Positions 46,996-53,268 of a stretch of DNA of 64,000 bases are shown one piece after another. A program made the position numbers and the translations under genes. Positions within the stretch are counted from its first letter, which is position 1; the number at the start of each line of letters is the position of its first letter. The notes under the pieces are model-generated. The model was not told the DNA's origin. It did not search any database and was given only the letters and a program-made list of their open reading frames with translations. Source of the DNA: an uncultured bacterium (lineage in GTDB: Bacteria > Babelota > Babeliae > Babelales > Babelaceae); contig CAVQCM010000002.1 of NCBI GenBank assembly GCA_963711045.1, positions 12,218 to 76,217 of the forward strand, written 5' to 3'.

Positions 46996-47016
46996 TTCTT
47001 TTCTCCTACTAGATTA

Positions 47017-47048
47017 GGGTTATAGTAGTTGCTGTAGCCCTTTTTTTT
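47017..47048 (+). terminator. intrinsic terminator
   Basis: GGGTTATAG-tagttg-CTGTAGCCC (two G:U pairs) followed by T8. Confidence 0.6.
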
Positions 47049-47169
47049 GCACAAATGTGTAGCTTAAGCGTTATACCTATTGGTTGTGTACAGACTCAGT
47101 AGCACCATGTTTTCCTGCTAAAACTCATTTCATACGTAATATGTAGCCTAAGCTAGCCTGTTTTAGCTA

Positions 47170-47201
47170 AGAAAATGGAGATGAGGTATTCTCTCATCTC
47201 C
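47170..47201 (-). terminator. intrinsic terminator of the RING-protein gene
   Basis: On the minus strand, GGAGATGAG-agaatac-CTCATCTCC followed by ATTTTC. Confidence 0.55.
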
Positions 47202-47220
47202 CTAATAGATTGGTAGATTG

Positions 47221-48393
47221 TTAGTTCTTTGCAGTTCTCTGTAAATAGCCGTATATACCGCCAAGAAGGCCTATGGTCCAGATACCAGCTGCTTTAAGTC
47301 TTTCGCTGGGAGACGTTTCATATATGCTATAGGCACTAAAGCCTAAGGCAAAAGGATAGGCCCTTCTTAGTCTTGTACCCTTTTTATCAAACTCAGGTCC
47401 TATAAGGAAACCGCATGCTATGCCTATCAATAAATTTCTTCCAAGGTTATTCTCTGAAGATGTATAGGAAGGTGATTTTTTAGGTGACGGCTGTGGTCGT
47501 TGGGGCAACGTACGTGCCCTACGAGCAAGGGCTAGGGTTCCATTAGGCTGAAGTACTACTTGCCAATCCTGTGGGCTTAGGTGGGCTGGTAGGTAGGCAG
47601 CATTAAGCTCTTTGTCTTCGTTAGTGGGAGGCAGATTGGGGTAAGTCTCGGAAAGGACGGGTAAACTTGCAGGGTTAGAAACCGGTACACGTTGATGGTA
47701 AGGTATATGCTCTTGATAGAGAGGTACCATGCTTCTTAGCTTGTGAAGGATTGTCAGTTCTTCACGGGAAGGTCGTCTTGCTTGATAGAGTAATTTTATG
47801 CGATCAGGTCCCCTAAGAGGATCTACCAATCGTAGAGGCTCATTACATACTTGGCAAGACCCAGACGCTGCCCATGAAAGAGCCTTATTGAGGCATACGG
47901 CATGGGAGCAGGTAAATCGTACCAGCAGTTCTGCCTCATGTTCAACCTGACAAGCGTGGCAAGCTCTATCTATCGCTTCTGGACTACGTCTTTTACTCAA
48001 TGGTACACGTTGTAAGACCCAGGAAAGGTCTTTTTGCTCCTTAGAGGTTAAGGGACGATATACGTGGTGTATTTTTTGGTAGCTTGTTCTATCTATGCGT
48101 GGATCATGCAGCCTAAAGGGTGCTCGACATAGAGGACAAGTAAGATGGTTAGTATGTCGATGATGTTCATTACAGATCTGCTCGTTTGTTGTTATTTGTT
48201 TTTTTGCGCAGTCCAGGCACATATGATGATGTTTCTTTTGATTACAATCAAGCTGAAGTACGATCGTATCCTTGGTATATTCTTCAAGGCAAATGGTGCA
48301 TTCTACCGGTTCTAAAGTATTCATTGCGAAGGAACTTGTGTATATACCTATACTCAAGGTGAACAGTATGGCTATCGTACGTAGTAGGTTCAT
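47221..48393 (-). CDS. membrane/secreted protein with two RING-finger-like zinc modules (eukaryotic-like E3 ligase candidate)
   Basis: 390 aa with an N-terminal signal/anchor. Module 1 is CTIC-x14-C-x4-HHH-x-C-x2-C-x23-CPLC. Module 2 is CHAC-x13-C-x-H-x2-C-x12-CQVC. Each is followed by R-L-(H/V)-D-P and Y..RP.(S/T). Pro-rich linker and two C-terminal hydrophobic segments. Confidence 0.7.
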   Translation of the reverse strand: MNLLRTIAILFTLSIGIYTSSFAMNTLEPVECTICLEEYTKDTIVLQLDCNQKKHHHMCLDCAKKQITTNEQICNEHHRHTNHLTCPLCRAPFRLHDPRIDRTSYQKIHHVYRPLTSKEQKDLSWVLQRVPLSKRRSPEAIDRACHACQVEHEAELLVRFTCSHAVCLNKALSWAASGSCQVCNEPLRLVDPLRGPDRIKLLYQARRPSREELTILHKLRSMVPLYQEHIPYHQRVPVSNPASLPVLSETYPNLPPTNEDKELNAAYLPAHLSPQDWQVVLQPNGTLALARRARTLPQRPQPSPKKSPSYTSSENNLGRNLLIGIACGFLIGPEFDKKGTRLRRAYPFALGFSAYSIYETSPSERLKAAGIWTIGLLGGIYGYLQRTAKN

Positions 48394-48499
48394 GATGCTT
48401 CTCGCTTCTAAATTGAGTTATTTTCTATCATTCTATAGTTTAGTTTATCAATCTGTGTAAAAAGCTTAAATGGTGAGTAATAGTATTTGTGAGTGGGGC

Positions 48500-50197
48500 T
48501 TATGGGTGTCGCTGATCTTCTATGCGGGCGATTTGTTCAAGCAATCGATGTGCTAGGGATATGGCATGTCGTGAGGTGTTTGCATGTTCAAGAAGAATCA
48601 CTAATGTTCTTGGTTTATAGTGTTTATACTGGAATCGTGCAGCAAAGTACCCGTGGGGGAGATCTTTTTTTGAGGATGTCTTGTTTGTACACGAGCGAAC
48701 TTGGGCGGTCCCTGATTTTCCTTGGATGGTAAATCCTGAAAGCCTGTTAAGAAGCGTACCGGTTCCTTTTTTAATTACAGAAGTGAGGCATTGCTGTAAA
48801 AAAGATAGTGTTGCTGGGCGTAATTGGACGAGTTCCTTTATAACCGGTTCTTCTACTAACATTCGTGGACGTACCTTAGAGCCAGTTCCTACGGCGCAGA
48901 TCATACAGGCTAATTGAAGGGGGGTAACGAGTAAGGAGCTTTGCCCAATGACTGCTGAAAGTGTTTCTCCAGGCCACCACGGCTCATTGCGTGCTTTTTG
49001 TTTCCATGAGCTGGTGGGCACCAGCCCTTTTTGTTCCGGAAAAAAGATGCCAGTTTTTACGCCAAGTCCTAATGCATGGGCATACTCAGCGAGGGTATCA
49101 ATGGGCATTTTTGTGCCAATATCATAAAAAGGAACATTGCAGGACTGAGCAAATGCTTTCTTGGTGTTAATGATGCCATGGCCCCATCGTCTATTGCAAT
49201 GATAGTTTCGGCCCTTAAAGTTCAGTGCTCCTTTACAGCGCCACTCGGTATCTGGGGTAATCATAGACGTCTCTAATGCCGCAGCAAGGGTCACCAGTTT
49301 AAATAAGGAAGCAGGAGGATAACAGGCGCTAAATGCTCGATTGATAAATCCATTATTTTGCTGGAGCAAGCGCCATTGTTCATGAGTTAATGGTTGCAAA
49401 AATATCCCTGGCGAAAAGCATGGTCGAGAGAGAACTACTTCAAGGGCTCCGTCATCATCCATAAGGAGGAGGCATCCTTCATATTCCTTAGGAAAGAGCT
49501 TTTCTGCAATTTGTTGAAGCTGAAGGTCAAGAGTTGTTTTAATAGTAGTGCCCATAGTCGGGCGTGTCACCTTATGCGTTGTTAATTTTCTGCCGAGTGA
49601 ATTGATAATCTTAATGATGGTACCTGCTTGTCCGGTAAGTTTTTTATTATAGAGGCGCTCAAGACCCATTTTACCGAGAGCATCTTTCATACCAAGGTAA
49701 CCCACAATATGGCTGGCAAGAGTATCATGAGGGTAGTACCGTTCATAAGTTGTATGTATGAGAAGATTCTTATTATGAGGTAGCTGTTCAACAAGTTTGG
49801 TAAGTTGTTCATAGGGCATATCGTCGCTCAGAAGGAGCTGTTTACCAGTTCGCTCAATCTGGGCAATATGGATAAGAACGTCTGGTTCTAAAGAAAAGAT
49901 AAGAGATAATCGGGTAAGGATAGCTTCTTGCTGAGTACTAAGATGATAATTGCCTGTGCCTTGCCAGTACAAGCTATATACTGGTCGATTAGTAGCAAGA
50001 AGCTTGTTATATTGGTCGGTGATATTTCCTCGTGGAGATTCTACCTGTTCTTGCCTGAAAAAGTTTCTCCTGCTCAATTGAGAAAAAAGGGTGCTTTGCG
50101 CTATTTGTAGATTAAAGAGGTACCCACCAAGGGTACAAAACGCTACAAGTACCACAGCTAGAAGATGGATCAGCCGTTTGCTAATAGGGAAATGCAT
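48500..50197 (-). CDS. mrdA: penicillin-binding protein 2 (class B transpeptidase)
   Basis: 565 aa with an N-terminal TM. SxxK (ASLFK), SxN (QSCN) and KSG(T) (GKSGTAQ) motifs in the correct order. Confidence 0.85.
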   Translation of the reverse strand: MHFPISKRLIHLLAVVLVAFCTLGGYLFNLQIAQSTLFSQLSRRNFFRQEQVESPRGNITDQYNKLLATNRPVYSLYWQGTGNYHLSTQQEAILTRLSLIFSLEPDVLIHIAQIERTGKQLLLSDDMPYEQLTKLVEQLPHNKNLLIHTTYERYYPHDTLASHIVGYLGMKDALGKMGLERLYNKKLTGQAGTIIKIINSLGRKLTTHKVTRPTMGTTIKTTLDLQLQQIAEKLFPKEYEGCLLLMDDDGALEVVLSRPCFSPGIFLQPLTHEQWRLLQQNNGFINRAFSACYPPASLFKLVTLAAALETSMITPDTEWRCKGALNFKGRNYHCNRRWGHGIINTKKAFAQSCNVPFYDIGTKMPIDTLAEYAHALGLGVKTGIFFPEQKGLVPTSSWKQKARNEPWWPGETLSAVIGQSSLLVTPLQLACMICAVGTGSKVRPRMLVEEPVIKELVQLRPATLSFLQQCLTSVIKKGTGTLLNRLSGFTIQGKSGTAQVRSCTNKTSSKKDLPHGYFAARFQYKHYKPRTLVILLEHANTSRHAISLAHRLLEQIARIEDQRHP

Positions 50198-50204
50198 GCC
50201 AGTC

Positions 50205-52925
50205 CTATTTAAGGTTATATTCTTGACAACGTCTATTTACAGAAGATCTATTAACCCCAAGGAGTGTGGCTATTTTTGATTGATTCTTAAATTTAGCCCA
50301 CAATAATCCCATAATTTGAGGATCTTTAAGGGCTTTTTTACCCATACGAACTGCTTGGGCAATATCAGGATCACTTACATTATAGGCAACATCAAATTTT
50401 GTCACTTCAGAAATCTTATGTTTAGAAGATTTCTGCACGAGAAGTTGGTGAACCCGCTCTTTAAACTCATGCAAACTAAAGGGTCGCTCATCATAGAGTT
50501 TCGTTTTATCTTTATCAGTTAGTGAAAGAAGATTTTTATAGGTATCTTCAGTAATGATCTGATCAGCATATCCTTGTGCAAGAGTGGTGACTTCCTTTTC
50601 TGAAAGATCTTGCAGTGAGGGCATTACGAGGGATGTTTGCTCTAACTCGTTATACAGCTCTTTTGAGAATTTGTCTTCATTAATGAGTTGCAGAAGATTT
50701 CTTCTTGTAGAGCAGATGATGCGTACGTTACTAAAGACCTTATGGTCACTCTTGAGGCGATGAAAGAACCCGAAGGAAATAAATTCAGCAAGATATTCTT
50801 GCGTTTCTCTACTGAGATTTTCAACATTTTGAATAAAAAGGGTCCCCACATTATCAAGCTTCTCAAGAAGAGGAAGCGCCGCATCTTTTTGTATAAGAGG
50901 ATTAAGACCAAAGAGGGTTACTGCTACTTCATCAGTTTTTTCTGGTGACGTCAGCTTAATAGTATGCAGTGATTGTCGCAAGCTAATGTCATGAAGTACT
51001 TCAACGGTGGGCATGAGGTCATTATCTGGTATATTAATAAGCGTTGCTTTTTTGGTTAGCGCCGTTCTGAGAAGATTAATTTTAAAGTTAAGCAATTTTT
51101 CACTATCTCCTGGAATCATTTGATTAATGAGACGTCCAGATTGTGTTGTTTCAAGGTAGAGCATATAGTCCCAATCTGAAGGGTCTTTAAGTTGCTCAAA
51201 ATGCGTTTTAATGACATCCGATACTTCAGGATAATGCACAAGAAGAATGGTAGAACGTTCTTCTAGGCTTGGTATACCAGTGATAATAAGTTTATTGCCT
51301 TCTGTATCATGAGCAAAGTTAGTTTGTGAGGTCTTATATTCTTGCACGCGGCGTGCCACTTTTCTCATTGCTTGAGTGAGCGGATGCCCTTCATTCATAT
51401 TAGGATCCATGCCGATCAAGATTTGTGCGGCTTCATTTGCAATAGTGAAGCGTCGGTATTTATAAAAGAGGATACCTACTTTTCGTTCTTTTGATCGCAT
51501 GAACGAGCGAATACTTTCCTTGTATTGGTTAATTTCTTGATGTTTGTTATAGAGTTCTTCAGTGAGTTGCTTATGCCGCTGATGGAGTGCTTCAAGGTTT
51601 GAATATTTAAGAATATTAATGACATTACTCAGGTAGGTAGTAAACACGAGCATTTCATCACGCTCTTTATTGGTGTAGAGGCTGCTTGGTCGGGCGTCTT
51701 TTTCTACAATGATATAGGCTGATATATCATTTCGCTCAAAAATTGGTACAAAGATATCAGCATTGATGTGATCAAGAAATCGTAGTGCTTCTCCACTTAA
51801 GACGTCCTCTTCATAAAAGTATGAGAAATGAATATCATCTCTAATAAAGAGTTTCATTTCCCGCAGAGATCGTGTTAAGGTTTCATTTTCATGCTTACCG
51901 ATATACTGTTCAACTTTAGCGGTCGTATTTGCGATGTCATAGTAGCTGTGATCTTCTTGGTCAGTTTCTGCTTTACGTACGTAGAGGCGAACTCTTCCAA
52001 TAGGAATATGAAATGCTGTGTTAAAGAATTGCTGGGTATGCTGAGCAAGTTCTTTAAGGGCCGTTGCATAGCTTAATTGCTCTAAGATGTCTCTAAACTG
52101 GGAGAGAAAATTGAACTTTTCTTTTGAGCTAACAGTCTTCCGAATATTAAGAAAGCGCAACCCCATAATTTTTAGGGCAATAAAGTATAAGATACTCGTA
52201 GAAGCTACTGTTCCTAAAGCACCTATGAGTGCTCGGTAGGTTTTAAAGTAGGAAATTACTTTTGCAAGTGAGTTAACTGAAATACTCATTAACTCGGTGC
52301 TAAAGACAAAGAAAATAAAGAAAATAAGGTACCATGATTGGTGAACAAGAATGCGTGGTACTTTTTCTTTTCTGAAACGGAGCACAATAACCATCATGGT
52401 GGAAATAGTCAAAAATATTACATAGTATCTAATGACCGAGACTAAGAAGGATTCAAAGGGAAGTGTGCCAGAACTTTCTGAAGAAATATCATATTTAAAT
52501 ATGGCCAAGTAGAGAAAACTAAGAGAAATCGCGATATTAACAAATCCATGAAGTATTGTTGTAGGCGTAAGCATTATACGTTTTGTATAAAAGTATTCTA
52601 AGCTTGCAATTAATGCTTGAAACTGAGTGAGATAAAAAATCCAGGTGATTCTATGAAATATGGTAAAAGCAACAAACTCCTCTCTGCGCTTTAGTATCCC
52701 CCATAAAATAAGTTCAAGAACATGTTGTACGTCGATAAGCAAGGTAGAAACTAGATAAATAGAGAGCAGAATAAATGCTTTTCTTGATCGCTTAGAGGTA
52801 ATAATGAAATGTACACATATGCCAAAAAAGAAGAGCTTAACAAGTATGCAGGTAATATGTATCAAGGAGATTACATAGTAGTTCCTGGCTGCTAAATGAA
52901 GGACGTTGCTAACTTCTTCTATCAT
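50205..52925 (-). CDS. membrane-anchored GAF/PAS-like regulator with degenerate sigma-54-activator AAA+ module and Fis-type HTH (paralog A)
   Basis: 906 aa with about 7 hydrophobic segments in the first 250 aa. C-terminal HTH_8-like IATLLGVNRSSVNRRCQEYNL. The central region aligns by eye to the Sigma54_activat domain (TLFGLN / GTLFIQNVENLS / VRIICSTRRNL / KELYNEL) but lacks GxxGxGK, the DE pair and GAFTGA. Confidence 0.7.
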   Translation of the reverse strand: MIEEVSNVLHLAARNYYVISLIHITCILVKLFFFGICVHFIITSKRSRKAFILLSIYLVSTLLIDVQHVLELILWGILKRREEFVAFTIFHRITWIFYLTQFQALIASLEYFYTKRIMLTPTTILHGFVNIAISLSFLYLAIFKYDISSESSGTLPFESFLVSVIRYYVIFLTISTMMVIVLRFRKEKVPRILVHQSWYLIFFIFFVFSTELMSISVNSLAKVISYFKTYRALIGALGTVASTSILYFIALKIMGLRFLNIRKTVSSKEKFNFLSQFRDILEQLSYATALKELAQHTQQFFNTAFHIPIGRVRLYVRKAETDQEDHSYYDIANTTAKVEQYIGKHENETLTRSLREMKLFIRDDIHFSYFYEEDVLSGEALRFLDHINADIFVPIFERNDISAYIIVEKDARPSSLYTNKERDEMLVFTTYLSNVINILKYSNLEALHQRHKQLTEELYNKHQEINQYKESIRSFMRSKERKVGILFYKYRRFTIANEAAQILIGMDPNMNEGHPLTQAMRKVARRVQEYKTSQTNFAHDTEGNKLIITGIPSLEERSTILLVHYPEVSDVIKTHFEQLKDPSDWDYMLYLETTQSGRLINQMIPGDSEKLLNFKINLLRTALTKKATLINIPDNDLMPTVEVLHDISLRQSLHTIKLTSPEKTDEVAVTLFGLNPLIQKDAALPLLEKLDNVGTLFIQNVENLSRETQEYLAEFISFGFFHRLKSDHKVFSNVRIICSTRRNLLQLINEDKFSKELYNELEQTSLVMPSLQDLSEKEVTTLAQGYADQIITEDTYKNLLSLTDKDKTKLYDERPFSLHEFKERVHQLLVQKSSKHKISEVTKFDVAYNVSDPDIAQAVRMGKKALKDPQIMGLLWAKFKNQSKIATLLGVNRSSVNRRCQEYNLK

Positions 52926-52929
52926 TTTG

Positions 52930-52957
52930 TTGACATCTTTTTTTTGTCTTATATACT
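52930..52957 (+). promoter_or_regulatory. candidate promoter for the small plus-strand ORF
   Basis: TTGACA, 16 nt spacer, TATACT. About 107 nt upstream of the ATG at 53065. Confidence 0.35.
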
Positions 52958-53064
52958 TTGGCTTGACAGTGAAAAGTGTAAAGCTAAGTGAAGTAATTTG
53001 TCAAATTAAATTGAAATTTGTAGTGTAGTGGTTGACAGTTTAATATACTTCTGAAGGAGTACCA

Positions 53065-53220
53065 ATGAAACATTTATTGTTAGGCTCTTGTGCTTTTATG
53101 CTTACTGTTACAATAGTGAGTACGCTTGAAGCACAAGTTTTACCACAAGACGCAAAGCCTGTCGTCCAGGAAATGCCCGATAGTGGCCCTCCCTATAATG
53201 GCTATGGTTGGGATGACTAA
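53065..53220 (+). CDS. unannotated small secreted peptide (51 aa)
   Basis: An AAGGAG Shine-Dalgarno sequence lies 5 nt before the ATG. MKHLLLGSCAFMLTVTIVSTLEA|QVLPQDAKPVVQEMPDSGPPYNGYGWDD*. A strong terminator follows 15 nt after the stop. Below the 60-aa cut-off of the ORF track. Confidence 0.55.
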   Translation: MKHLLLGSCAFMLTVTIVSTLEAQVLPQDAKPVVQEMPDSGPPYNGYGWDD

Positions 53221-53235
53221 TTTCTAACAAAGTTA

Positions 53236-53268
53236 GCGACCTATGCGAAAGCATAGGTCGCTTTTTTT
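53236..53268. terminator. intrinsic terminator (small ORF; also directly follows the stop of paralog B on the other strand)
   Basis: GCGACCTATGC-gaaa-GCATAGGTCGC followed by T7. The T-run overlaps the TAA of the 53267-55960 gene. Confidence 0.7.
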
